A stretch of 64,000 nt of DNA from Azolla caroliniana (lineage: Eukaryota > Plantae > Polypodiophyta). Positions 13,201 to 26,855 of this stretch are shown one piece after another. The notes under the pieces were generated by a model. It was not told the origin of the DNA. It made no database searches and was given only the letters and a program-made list of their open reading frames with translations. Position 1 is the first letter of the stretch. Every line of letters starts with the position of its first letter. The stretch is taken from NCBI GenBank assembly GCA_043228905.1, contig JBHGNT010000033.1, positions 248,518 through 312,517 on the forward strand, read 5' to 3'. A program made the position numbers and the translations under genes.

Positions 13201-14430
13201 AGCCCGTGAGTCAATTATAATGTTCATACCTGGCTCGTGTGATATCGGATTTTTGTGTTCAAACATGCGTATCGAAGCTAACAACGCTAGCTATGATATA
13301 GAATTAAAAAAACAAGTTTTTGAAACTCAGGTCGAGAGACATGAAGAAATTAGCAAATTTGAGGAGGTCCTTGAGAAGAGCTCGTGAGTCAATTATAATG
13401 TTCATACCTGGCTTTTATTCTATCGGATTTTTGTGTTCAAACATGCATATCGAAGCTCACAACGCTAGCTATGATATAGAATTAAAAAATCGAGATTTTG
13501 AAACTTAGGTCGAGAGACATGAAGAAATTAGAAAACTTGAGGAGGTACTTGAGAAGAGCCCGTGAGTCAATTATAATGTTCATACTTGGCTCGTGTGATA
13601 TCGGATTTTTGTGTTCAAATATGCGTATCGAAGCTAACAACGCTAGCGATGATATAGAATTAAAAAATCAAGTTTTTGAAACTCAGGTCGAGAGACATGA
13701 AGAAATTAGCAAATTTGAGGAGGTATGAAGAAATTAGCAAATTTGAGGAGGTATCCAAGCTAACAACGCTAGCTATGATATGGAATTAAAAAATCGAGAT
13801 TTTGAAATTCAGGTCGAGAGACATGAAGAAATTAGCAAATTTGAGGAGACATGAAGAAATTAGCAAATTTGAGGAGGTACTTGAGAAGAGCCCGTGAGTG
13901 AATTATAATGTTCATACCTGGCTCGTGTGATATCAGATTTTTGTGTTCAAACATGAGTACTGAAGCTAACAATGCTAGATATGATATAGAATTAAAAAAT
14001 CGAGATTTTGAAACTCAGGTCGAGAGACATGAAGAAATTAGCAAATTTGAGGAGGTACTTGAGAAGAGCCCGTGAGTGAATTATAATGTTCATACCTGGC
14101 CGTTGTGATATCGGATTTTTGTGTTCAAACATGAGTACTGAAGCTAACAACGCTAGCTATGATATAGAATTAAAAAATCGAGATTTTAAAACTCAGGTCG
14201 AAAGACATGAAGAAATTAGCAAATATGAGGAGGTACTTGAGAAGAGCTCGTGAGTCAATTATAATGTTCATACCTGGCTCGTGTGCTATCGGATTTTTGT
14301 GTTCAAACATGCATATCGAAGCTAACAACGCTAGCTATGATATAGAATTAAAAAATCGAGATTTTGAAACTCAGGTCGAGAGACATGAAGAAATTAGCAA
14401 ATTTGAGGAGGTACTTGAGAAGAGCTCGTG
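10240..14430 (+). repeat. Tandem HOR, 1756-bp period (9x178 + 154), about 2.4 copies
   Basis: Offsets 10695/12451/14207, 10852/12608, 11208/12964, 11386/13142 and 11742/13498 are all 1756. Confidence 0.9.
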
Positions 14431-17400
14431 AGTCAATTATAATGTTCATACTTGCCTCGTGTGATATCGGATTTTTGTGTTCAAATATGAGTATCGAAGC
14501 TAACAACGCTAGCGATGATATAGAATTAAAAAATCAAGTTTTTGAAACTCAGGTCGAGAGACATGAAGAAATTAGCAAATTTGAGGAGGTATGAAGAAAT
14601 TAGCAAATTTGAGGAGGTATCCAAGCTAACAACGCTAGCTATGATATGGAATTAAAAAATCGAGATTTTGAAACTCAGGTCGAGAGACATGAAGAAATTA
14701 GCAAATTTGAGGAGACATGAAGAAATTAGCAAATTTGAGGAGGTACTTGAGAAGAGCCCGTGAGTGAATTATAATGTTCATACCTGGCTCGTGTGATATC
14801 AGATTTTTGTGTTCAAACATGAGTACTGAAGCTAACAATGCTAGATATGATATAGAATTAAAAAATCGAGATTTTGAAACTCAGGTCGAGAGACATGAAG
14901 AAATTAGCAAATTTGAGGAGGTACTTGAGAAGAGCCCGTGAGTGAATTATAATGTTCATACCTGGCCGTTGTGATATCGGATTTTTGTGTTCAAACATGA
15001 GTACTGAAGCTAACAACGCTAACTATGATATAGAATTAATAAAATCGAGATTTTAAAACTCAGGTCGAAAGACATGAAGAAATTAGCAAATTTGAGGAGG
15101 GCCTTTAGAAGAGCCCGTGACTAAATTAAAATGTTGATACCTGGCTCGTGTGCTATCGGATTTTTGTGTTCAAACATGCGTATCCAAGCTAACAACGCTA
15201 GCTATGATATGGAATTAAAAAATCAAGTTTTTGAAACTCAGGTCGAGAGACATGAAGAAATTAGCAAATTTGAGGAGGTCCTTGAGAAGAGCTCGTGACG
15301 CAATTATAATGTCCATACTTGGCTTTTGTGCTATCGGATTTTTGTGTTCAAACATGCGTATCGAAGCACACCACGCTAGCTATGATATAGAATTAAAAAA
15401 TCGAGATTTTGAAACTCAGGTGGAGAGACATGAAGAAATTAGCAAACTTGAGGAGGTACTTGAGAAGAGCCCGTGAGTCAATTATAATGTTCATACCTGG
15501 CTCGTGTGATATCGGATTTTTTTGTTCAAACATGCGTATCGAAGCTAACAACGCTAGCTATGATATACAATTAAAAAATCAAGTTTTTGAAACTCAGGTC
15601 GAGAGACATGAAGAAATTAGCAAATTTGAGGGGGTCCTTGAGAAGAGCTCGTGACTCAATTATAATGTTCATACCTGGCTTTTGTGCTATAGGATTTTTG
15701 TGTTCAAACATGCGTATCGAAGCTCACAACGCTAGCTATGATATAGAATTAAAAAATCGAGATTTTGTAACTGAGGTCGAGAGACATGAAGAAATTAGCA
15801 AACTTGAGGAGGTACTTGAGAAGAGCCCGTGAGTCAATTATAATGTTCATACTTGGCTCGTGTGATATCGGATTATTGTGTTCAAACATGCGTATCGAAG
15901 CTAACAACGCTAGTTATGATATAGAATTAAAAAATCTAGATTTTGAAACACAGGTCGAGAGACATGAAGAAATTAGCAAATTTGAGGAGGGGCTTTAGAA
16001 GAGCCCTTGAATAAATTAAAATGTTGATACCTGGCTCGTGTGCTATCGGATTTTTGTGTTCAAACATGCGTATCCAAGCTAACAACGCTAGCTATGATAT
16101 GGAATTAAAAAATCGAGATTTTGAAACTCAGGTCGAGAGACATGAAGAAATTAGCAAATTTGAGGAGACATGAAGAAATTAGCAAATTTGAGGAGGTACT
16201 TGAGAAGAGCCCGTGAGTGAATTATAATGTTCATACCTGGCTCGTGTGATTTCGGATTTTTGTGTTCAAACATGAGTACTGAAGCTAACAATGCTAGCTA
16301 TGATATAGAATTAAAAAATCGAGATTTTGAAACTCAGGTCGAGAGACATGAAGAAATTAGCAAATTTGAGGAGGTACTTGAGAAGAGCTCGTGAGTCAAT
16401 TATAATGTTCATACTTGCCTCGTGTGATATCGGATTTTTGTGTTCAAATATGCGTATCGAAGCTAACAACGCTAGCGATGATATAGAATTAAAAAATCAA
16501 GTTTTTGAAACTCAGGTCGAGAGACATGAAGAAATTAGCAAATTTGAGGAGGTATGAAGAAATTAGCAAATTTGAGGAGGTATCCAAGCTAACAACGCAA
16601 GCTATGATATGGAATTAAAAAATCGAGATTTTGAAACTCAGGTCGAGAGACATGAAGAAATTAGCAAATTTGAGGAGACATGAAGAAATTAGCAAATTTG
16701 AGGAGGTACTTGAGAAGAGCCCGTGAGTGAATTATAATGTTCATACCTGGCTCGTGTGATATCAGATTTTTGTGTTCAAACATGAGTACTGAAGCTAACA
16801 ATGCTAGATATGATATAGAATTAAAAAATCGAGATTTTGAAACTCAGGTCGAGAGACATGAAGAAATTAGCAAATTTGAGGAGGTACTTGAGAAGAGCTC
16901 GTGAGTCAATTATAATGTTCATACTTGCCTCGTGTGATATCGGATTTTTGTGTTCAAATATGCGTATCGAAGCTAACAACGCTAGCGATGATATAGAATT
17001 AAAAAATCAAGTTTTTGAAACTCAGGTCGAGAGACATGAAGAAATTAGCAAATTTGAGGAGGTATGAAGAAATTAGCAAATTTGAGGAGGTATCCAAGCT
17101 AACAACGCAAGCTATGATATGGAATTAAAAAATCGAGATTTTGAAACTCAGGTCGAGAGACATGAAGAAATTAGCAAATTTGAGGAGACATGAAGAAATT
17201 AGCAAATTTGAGGAGGTACTTGAGAAGAGCCCGTGAGTGAATTATAATGTTCATACCTGGCTCGTGTGATATCAGATTTTTGTGTTCAAACATGAGTACT
17301 GAAGCTAACAATGCTAGATATGATATAGAATTAAAAAATCGAGATTTTGAAACTCAGGTCGAGAGACATGAAGAAATTAGCAAATTTGAGGAGGTACTTG

Positions 17401-20400
17401 AGAAGAGCCCGTGACTGAATTATAATGTTCATACCTGGCCGTTGTGATATCGGATTTTTGTGTTCAAACATGAGTACTGAAGCTAACAACGCTAACTATG
17501 ATATAGAATTAATAAAATCGAGATTTTAAAACTCAGGTCGAAAGACATGAAGAAATTAGCAAATTTGAGGAGGGCCTTTAGAAGAGCCCGTGACTAAATT
17601 AAAATGTTGATACCTGGCTCGTGTGCTATCGGATTTTTGTGTTCAAACATGCGTATCCAAGCTAACAACGCTAGCTATGATATGGAATTAAAAAATCAAG
17701 TTTTTGAAACTCAGGTCGAGAGACATGAAGAAATTAGCAAATTTGAGGAGGTCCTTGAGAAGAGCTCGTGACGCAATTATAATGTCCATACTTGGCTTTT
17801 GTGCTATCGGATTTTTGTGTTCAAACATGCGTATCGAAGCACACCACGCTAGCTATGATATAGAATTAAAAAATCGAGATTTTGAAACTCAGGTGGAGAG
17901 ACATGAAGAAATTAGCAAACTTGAGGAGGTACTTGAGAAGAGCCCGTGAGTCAATTATAATGTTCATACCTGGCTCGTGTGATATCGGATTTTTTTGTTC
18001 AAACATGCGTATCGAAGCTAACAACGCTAGCTATGATATACAATTAAAAAATCAAGTTTTTGAAACTCAGGTCGAGAGACATGAAGAAATTAGCAAATTT
18101 GAGGGGGTCCTTGAGAAGAGCTCGTGACTCAATTATAATGTTCATACCTGGCTTTTGTGCTATAGGATTTTTGTGTTCAAACATGCGTATCGAAGCTCAC
18201 AACGCTAGCTATGATATAGAATTAAAAAATCGAGATTTTGTAACTGAGGTCGAGAGACATGAAGAAATTAGCAAACTTGAGGAGGTACTTGAGAAGAGCC
18301 CGTGAGTCAATTATAATGTTCATACTTGGCTCGTGTGATATCGGATTATTGTGTTCAAACATGCGTATCGAAGCTAACAACGCTAGTTATGATATAGAAT
18401 TAAAAAATCTAGATTTTGAAACACAGGTCGAGAGACATGAAGAAATTAGCAAATTTGAGGAGGGGCTTTAGAAGAGCCCTTGAATAAATTAAAATGTTGA
18501 TACCTGGCTCGTGTGCTATCGGATTTTTGTGTTCAAACATGCGTATCCAAGCTAACAACGCTAGCTATGATATGGAATTAAAAAATCGAGATTTTGAAAC
18601 TCAGGTCGAGAGACATGAAGAAATTAGCAAATTTGAGGAGACATGAAGAAATTAGCAAATTTGAGGAGGTACTTGAGAAGAGCCCGTGAGTGAATTATAA
18701 TGTTCATACCTGGCTCGTGTGATTTCGGATTTTTGTGTTCAAACATGAGTACTGAAGCTAACAATGCTAGCTATGATATAGAATTAAAAAATCGAGATTT
18801 TGAAACTCAGGTCGAGAGACATGAAGAAATTAGCAAATTTGAGGAGGTACTTGAGAAGAGCTCGTGAGTCAATTATAATGTTCATACTTGCCTCGTGTGA
18901 TATCGGATTTTTGTGTTCAAATATGCGTATCGAAGCTAACAACGCTAGCGATGATATAGAATTAAAAAATCAAGTTTTTGAAACTCAGGTCGAGAGACAT
19001 GAAGAAATTAGCAAATTTGAGGAGGTATGAAGAAATTAGCAAATTTGAGGAGGTATCCAAGCTAACAACGCAAGCTATGATATGGAATTAAATAATCGAG
19101 ATTTTGAAACTCAGGTCGAGAGACATGAAGAAATTAGCAAATTTGAGGAGACATGAAGAAATTAGCAAATTTGAGGAGGTACTTGAGAAGAGCCCGTGAG
19201 TGAATTATAATGTTCATACCTGGCTCGTGTGATATCAGATTTTTGTGTTCAAACATGAGTACTGAAGCTAACAATGCTAGATATGATATAGAATTAAAAA
19301 ATCGAGATTTTGAAACTCAGGTCGAGAGACATGAAGAAATTAGCAAATTTGAGGAGGTACTTGAGAAGAGCCCGTGAGTGAATTATAATGTTCATACCTG
19401 GCCGTTGTGATATCGGATTTTTGTGTTCAAACATGAGTACTAAAGCTAACAACGCTAGCTATGATATAGAATTAATAAAATCGAGATTTTAAAACTCAGG
19501 TCGAAAGACATGAAGAAATTAGCAAATTTGAGGAGGGCCTTTAGAAGAGCCCGTGACTAAATTAAAATGTTGATACCTGGCTCGTGTGCTATCGGATTTT
19601 TGTGTTCAAACATGCGTATCCAAGCTAACAACGCTAGCTATGATATGGAATTAAAAAATCAAGTTTTTGAAACTCAGGTCGAGAGACATGAAGAAATTAG
19701 CAAATTTGAGGAGGTCCTTGAGAAGAGCTCGTGACGCAATTATAATGTCCATACTTGGCTTTTGTGCTATCGGATTTTTGTGTTCAAACATGCGTATCGA
19801 AGCACACCACGCTAGCTATGATATAGAATTAAAAAATCGAGATTTTGAAACTCAGGTGGAGAGACATGAAGAAATTAGCAAACTTGAGGAGGTACTTGAG
19901 AAGAGCCCGTGAGTCAATTATAATGTTCATACCTGGCTCGTGTGATATCGGATTTTTTTGTTCAAACATGCGTATGGAAGCTAACAACGCTAGCTATGAT
20001 ATACAATTAAAAAATCAAGTTTTTGAAACTCAGGTCGAGAGACATGAAGAAATTAGCAAATTTGAGGAGGTCCTTGAGAAGAGCTCGTGACTCAATTATA
20101 ATGTTCATACCTGGCTTTTGTGCTATAGGATTTTTGTGTTCAAACATGCGTATCGAAGCTCACAACGCTAGCTATGATATAGAATTAAAAAATCGAGATT
20201 TTGTAACTGAGGTCGAGAGACATGAAGAAATTAGCAAACTTGAGGAGGTACTTGAGAAGAGCCCGTGAGTCAATTATAATGTTCATACTTGGCTCGTGTG
20301 ATATCGGATTTTTGTGTTCAAACATGCGTATCGGAGCTAACAACGCTAGTTATGATATAGAATTAAAAAATCTAGATTTTGAAACACAGGTCGAGAGATA

Positions 20401-20762
20401 TGAAGAAATTAGCAAATTTGAGGAGGGGCTTTAGAAGAGCCCTTGAATAAATTAAAATGTTGATACCTGGCTCGTGTGCTATCGGATTTTTGTGTTCAAA
20501 CATGCGTATCCAAGCTAACAACGCTAGCTATGATATGGAATTAAAAAATCGAGATTTTGAAACTCAGGTCGAGAGACATGAAGAAATTAGCAAATTTGAG
20601 GAGACATGAAGAAATTAGCAAATTTGAGGAGGTACTTGAGAAGAGCCCGTGAGTGAATTATAATGTTCATACCTGGCTCGTGTGATTTCGGATTTTTGTG
20701 TTCAAACATGAGTACTGAAGCTAACAATGCTAGCTATGATATAGAATTAAAAAATCGAGATT
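14364..20762 (+). repeat. Tandem HOR, 1963-bp unit (10x178 + 154 + 28 + 1), three copies, with a 510-bp partial copy at 16327-16836 giving a 2473-bp offset
   Basis: Offsets 14364/16327, 16837/18800 and 17704/19667 are 1963. 16327/16837 is 510. 15231/17704, 15587/18060 and 15786/18259 are 2473. A further copy of the unit lies at 8533-10495. Confidence 0.9.
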
Positions 20763-21329
20763 TTGAAACTCAGGTCGAGAGACATGAAGAAATTAGCAAA
20801 TTTGAGGAGGTACTTGAGAAGAGCCCGTGAGTGAATTATAATGTTCATACCTGGCCGTTGTGATATCGGATTTTTGTGTTCAAACATGAGTACTGAAGCT
20901 AACAACGCTAGCTATGATATAGAATTAAAAACTCGAGAGTTTAAAACTCAGGTCGAAAGACATGAAGAAATTAGCAAATATGAGGAGGTACTTGAGAAGA
21001 GCTCGTGAGTCAATTATAATGTTCCTACCTGGGTCGTGTGCTATCGGATTTTTGTGTTCAAACATGCATATCGAAGCTAAAAACGCTAGCTATGATATAG
21101 AATTAAAAAATCGAGATTTTGAAACTCAGGTCGAGAGACATGAAGAAATTAGCAAATTTGAGGAGGTACTTGAGAAGAGCTCGTGACTCAATTATAATGT
21201 TCATACCTGGCTCGTGTGATATCGGATTTTTGTGTTCAAACATGAGTATGGAAGCTAACAACGCTAGCTATGATATAGAATTAAAAAATCGAGATTTTGA
21301 AACTCAGGTCGAGAGACATGAAGAAATTA

Positions 21330-22125
21330 GCAAATTTGAGGAGGGACTTGAGAAGAGCGCGTGAGTCAATTAAAATGTTCATACCTGGCTCGTGTGTTAT
21401 CGGATTTTTGTGTTCAAACATGCGTATCGAAGCTAACAACGCTAGCTATGATATAGATTTAAAAAATCGAGATTCTGAAACTCAGGTCGAGAACCATGAA
21501 GAAATTAGCAAATTTGAGGAGGTACTTGAGAAGAGCGCGTGAGTCAATTAAAATGTTCATACCTGGCTCGTGTGATATCGGATTTTTGTGTTCAAACATG
21601 CGTATCGAAGCTAACAACGCTAGCTATGATATAGATTTAGAAAATCGAGATTCTGAAACTCAGGTCGAGAGACATGAAGAAATTAGCAAATTTGAGGAGG
21701 GACTTGAGAAGAGCGCGTGACTGAATTAAAATGTTCATACCTGGCGAGTGTGATATCGGATTTTTGTGTTCAAACATGCGTATCGAAGCTAACAACGCTA
21801 GCTATGATTTTGAATTGAAAAATTCAAGATTTTGAAACTTAGGTCCAGAGACATGAAAAAATTAGCAAATTTGAGGAGGGACTTGAGAAGAGCGCGTGAG
21901 TCAATTAAAATGTTCATACCTGACTTGTGTGATATCGGATTTTTGTGTTCAAACATGCGTATCGAAGCTAACAACGCTAGCTATGATCTAGAATTAAAAA
22001 ATGAAGATTTTGAAAGTCAGGCCGACAGACATGAAGAAATTAGCAAATTTGAGGAGGGACTTTAGAAGAGCTCCTGACTAGATTAAAATGTTCATACCTG
22101 GCTCGTGTGCTATCGGATTTTTGTG
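21330..22125 (+). repeat. Short island of subfamily B-like monomers (about 4.5 units, relatively diverged) within the A domain
   Basis: Alleles switch to GAGGGACT, GAGCGCGT, AATTAAAATG and GATTCTG at about 21345 and revert to A alleles at about 22140. Confidence 0.8.
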
Positions 22126-24320
22126 GTCAAACATGCGTATCGAAGCTCATAACGCTAGCTATGATATAGAATTAAAAAATCGAGATTTTGTAACTGAGGT
22201 CGAGAGACATGAAGAAATTAGCAAACTTGAGGAGGTACTTGAGAAGAGCCCGTGAGTCAATTATAATGTTCATACTTGGCTCGTGTGATATCGGTTTTTT
22301 GTGTTCAAACATGCGTATCGAAGCTAACATCGCTAGTTATGATATAGAATTAAAAAATCTAGATTTTGAAACACAGGTCGAGAGACATGAAGAAATTAGC
22401 AAATTTGAGGAGGGGCTTTAGAAGAGCCCTTGAATAAATTAAAATGTTGATACCTGGCTCGTGTGCTATCGGATTTTTGTGTTCAAACATGCGTATCCAA
22501 GCTAACAACGCTAGCTATGATATGGAATTAAAAAATCGAGATTTTGAAACTCAGGTCGAGAGACATGAAGAAATTAGCAAATTTGAGGAGACATGAAGAA
22601 ATTAGCAAATTTGAGGAGGTACTTGAGAAGAGCCCGTGAGTGAATTATAATGTTCATACCTGGCTCGTGTGATTTCGGATTTTTGTGTTCAAACATGAGT
22701 ACTGAAGCTAACAATGCTAGCTATGATATAGAATTAAAAAATCGAGATTTTGAAACTCAGGTCGAGAGACATGAAGAAATTAGCAAATTTGAGGAGGTAC
22801 TTGAGAAGAGCCCGTGAGTGAATTATAATGTTCATACCTGGCCGTTGTGATATCGGATTTTTGTGTTCAAACATGAGTACTGAAGCTAACAACGCTAGCT
22901 ATGATATAGAATTAAAAACTCGAGAGTTTAAAACTCAGGTCGAAAGACATGAAGAAATTAGCAAATATGAGGAGGTACTTGAGAAGAGCTCGTGAGTCAA
23001 TTATAATGTCCCTACCTGGGTCGTGTGCTATCGGATTTTTGTGTTCAAACATGCATATCGAAGCTAACAACGCTATCTATGATATAGAATTAAAAAATCG
23101 AGATTTTGAAACTCAGGTCGAGAGACATGAAGAAATTAGCAAATTTGAGGAGGTACTTGAGAAGAGCTCGTGACTCAATTATAATGTTCATACCTGGCTC
23201 GTGTGATATCGGATTTTTGTGTTCAAACATGAGTATGGAAGCTCACAACGCTAGCTATGATATAGAATTAAAAAATCGAGATTTTGAAACTCAGGTGGAG
23301 AGACATGAAGAAATTAGCAAACTTGAGGAGGTACTTGAGAAGAGCCCGTGAGTCAATTATAATGTTCATACCTGGCTCGTGTGATATCGGATTTTTGTGT
23401 TCAAACATGCGTATCGAAGCTAACAACGCTAGCTATGATATAGAATTAAAAAAACAAGTTTTTGAAACTCAGGTCGAGAGACATGAAGAAATTAGCAAAT
23501 TTGAGGAGGTCCTTGAGAAGAGCTCGTGAGTCAATTATAATGTTCATACCTGGCTTTTGTGCTATCGGATTTTTGTGTTCAAACATGCATATCGAAGCTC
23601 ACAACGCTAGCTATGATATAGAATTAAAAAATCGAGATTTTGAAACTCAGGTCAAGAGACATGAAGAAATTAGAAAACTTGAGGAGGTACTTGAGAAGAG
23701 CCCGTGAGTCAATTATAATGTTCATACTTGGCTCGTGTGATATCGGATTTTTGTGTTCAAATATGCGTATCGAAGCTAACAACGCTAGCGATGATATAGA
23801 ATTAAAAAATCAAGTTTTTGAAACTCAGGTCGAGAGACATGAAGAAATTAGCAAATTTGAGGAGGTATGAAGAAATTAGCAAATTTGAGGAGGTATCCAA
23901 GCTAACAACGCTAGCTATGATATGGAATTAAAAAATCGAGATTTTGAAATTCAGGTCGAGAGACATGAAGAAATTAGCAAATTTGAGGAGACATGAAGAA
24001 ATTAGCAAATTTGAGGAGGTACTTGAGAAGAGCCCGTGAGTGAATTATAATGTTCATACCTGGCTCGTGTGATATCAGATTTTTGTGTTCAAACATGAGT
24101 ACTGAAGCTAACAATGCTAGATATGATATAGAATTAAAAAATCGAGATTTTGAAACTCAGGTCGAGAGACATGAAGAAATTAGCAAATTTGAGGAGGTAC
24201 TTGAGAAGAGCCCGTGAGTGAATTATAATGTTCATACCTGGCCGTTGTGATATCGGATTTTTGTGTTCAAACATGAGTACTGAAGCTAACAACGCTAGCT
24301 ATGATATAGAATTAAAAAAA
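22125..24320 (+). repeat. Subfamily A block (first copy)
   Basis: A alleles, with a 28-bp duplication at 22593 and the compound cassette at about 23839-23992. Confidence 0.85.
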
Positions 24321-26855
24321 CAAGATATTGAAACTCAGGTCGAGAGACATGAAGAAATTAGCAAATTTGAGGAGGGACTTGAGAAGAGCGCGTGAGTCAA
24401 TTAAAATGTTCATACCTGGCTCGTGTGATATCGGATTTTTGTGTTCAAACATGCGTATCGAAGCTAACAACGCTAGCTATGATATAGAATTAAAAAATCG
24501 AGATTCTGAAACTCAGGTCGAGAGACATGAAGAAATTAGAAAATTTGAGGAGGGACTTGAGAAGAGCGCGTGAGTCAATTAAAATGTTCATACCTGACTC
24601 GTGTGATATCGGATTTTCGTGTTCAAACATGCGTATCGAAGCTAACAACGCTAGCTATGATATCGAATTAAAAAATCGAGATTCTGAAACTCAGGTCGAG
24701 AGACATGAAGAAATTAGCAAATTTGAGGAGGGACTTGAGAAGAGCGCGTGAGTCAATTAAAATGTTCATACCTGGCTCGTGTGATATCGGATTTTTGTGT
24801 TCAAACATGCGTATCGAAGCTAACAACGCTAGCTATGATATAGAATTAAAAAATCGAGATTCTGAAACTCAGGTCGAGAGACATGAAGAAATTAGGAAAT
24901 TTGAGGAGGGAGTGAAGAAGAGCCAGTGAGTCAATTAAAATGTTCATACCTGGCTCGTGTGATATCGGATTTTTGTGTTTAAACATGCGTATCGAAGCTA
25001 ACAACGCTAGCTATGATATCGAATTAAAAAATCAAGATTTTGATACTCAGGTCGAGAGACATGAAGAAATTAGCAAATTTGAGGAGGGACTTGAGAAGAG
25101 CGCGTGAGTCAATTAAAATGTTCATACCTGACTCGTGTGATATCGGATTTTCGTGTTCAAACATGCGTATCGAAGCTAACAACACTAGCTATGATATCGA
25201 ATTAAAAAATCGAGATTCTGAAACTCAGGTCGAGAGACATGAAGAAATTAGAAAATTTGAGGAGGTACTTGAGAAGAGCGTGTGAGTCAATTAAAATGTT
25301 CATACCTGTGTCGTGTGATATCGGATTTTTGTGTTCAAACATGCTTTTAAAGCTAACAACGCTAGCTATCATATAGAATTAAAAAATCAAGATTTCGAAA
25401 CTCAGGTCCAGAGACATGAAAAAATTATCCAATTTGAGGAGGGACTTGAGAAGAGCGCGTGAGTCAATTAAAATGTTCATACCTGGCTCGTGTGATATCG
25501 GATTTTTGTGTTCAAACATGCGTATCGAAGCTAACAACGCTAGCTATGATATAGATTTAAAAAATCCAGAGTCTGAAACTCAGGTCGAGAGACATGAAGA
25601 AATTAGCAAATTTGAGGAGGGACTTGAGAAGAGCGCGTGAGTCAATTAAAATGTTCATACCTGGCTCGTGTGATATCGGATTTTTGTGTTCAAACATGCG
25701 TATCGAAGCTAACAACGCTAGCTATGATATAGAATTAAAAAATCAAGATTTTGAAACTCAGGTCGAGAGACATGAAGAAATTAGCAAATTTGAGGAGGGA
25801 CTTGAGAAGAGCGAGTGAGTCAATTAAAATGTTCATACCTGGCTCGTGTGATATCGGATTTTTGTGTTCAAACATGCGTATCGAAGCTAACAACGCTAGC
25901 TATGATATAGAATTAAAAAATCGAGATTCTGAAACTCAGGTCGAGAGACATGAAGAAATTAGCAAATTTGAGGAGGGACTTGAGAAGAGCGCGTGAGTCA
26001 ATTAAAATGTTCATACCTGGCTAGTGTGATATCGGATTTTCGTGTTCAAACATGCGTATCGAAGCTAACAACGCTAGCTATGATATCGAATTAAAAAATC
26101 AAGATTTTGAAACTCAGGTCGAGAGACATGAAGAAATTAGCAAATTTGAGGAGGGACTTGAGAAGAGCGCGTGAGTCAATTAAAATGTTCATACCTGGCT
26201 CGTGTGCTATCGGATTTTTGTGGTCAAACATGCGTATCGAAGCTAACAACGCTAGCTATGATATAGATTTAAAAAATCGAAATTCTGAAACTCAGGTCGA
26301 GAGACATGAAGAAACTAGAAAATTTGAGGAGGTACTTGAGAAGAGCCAGTGAGTCAATTAAAATGTTCATACCTGGCTCGTGTGATATCGGATTTTTGTG
26401 TTCAAACATGCGTATCGAAGCTAACAACGCTAGCTATGATATAGATTTAAAAAATCGAGATTCTGAAACTCAGGTCGAGAGACATGAAGAAATTAGCAAA
26501 TTTGAGGAGGGACTTGAGAAGAGCGCGTGAGTCAATTAAAATGTTCATACCTGGCTAGTGTGATATCGGATTTTTGTGTTCAAACATGCGTATCGAAGCT
26601 AACAACGCTAGCTATGATATCGAATTAAAAAATCAAGATTTTGAAACTCAGGTCGAGAGACATGACGAAATTAGCAAATTTGAGGAGGGACTTGAGAAGA
26701 GCGCGTGAGTCAATTAAAATGTTCATACCTGGCTCGTGTGATATCGGATTTTTGTGTTCAAACATGCGTATCGAAGCTAACAACGCTAGCTATGATATGG
26801 AATTAAAAAATCAAGATTTTGAAACTCAGGTCGAGAGACATGAAGACATTAGCAA
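24320..26855 (+). repeat. Subfamily B block between two A blocks
   Basis: B alleles run from CAAGATATTG at 24321 to the switch at GACATTAGCAAACTTGAGGAGGTACT (about 26845-26870). Confidence 0.85.

Larger units (their letters stand above)
1..21330 (+). repeat. Subfamily A domain: indel-rich monomers
   Basis: Diagnostic alleles are GAGGTACT, GAGCCCGT/GAGCTCGT, AATTATAATG, GATTTTGAAA and CATGAGTACTGAAG. The domain carries the 28-bp duplications and the 80-bp and 15-bp deletions. It is mixed with TTTAGAAG...TAAATTAAAATG monomers, most densely in 1-7100. Confidence 0.85.

Noticed and set aside
24349-24526. Monomer built from two halves of about 89 bp
   Set aside because: Only short internal echoes are visible (TGATAT twice, ACATG twice, AATTAAAA twice), and their spacings are inconsistent with a single sub-period.
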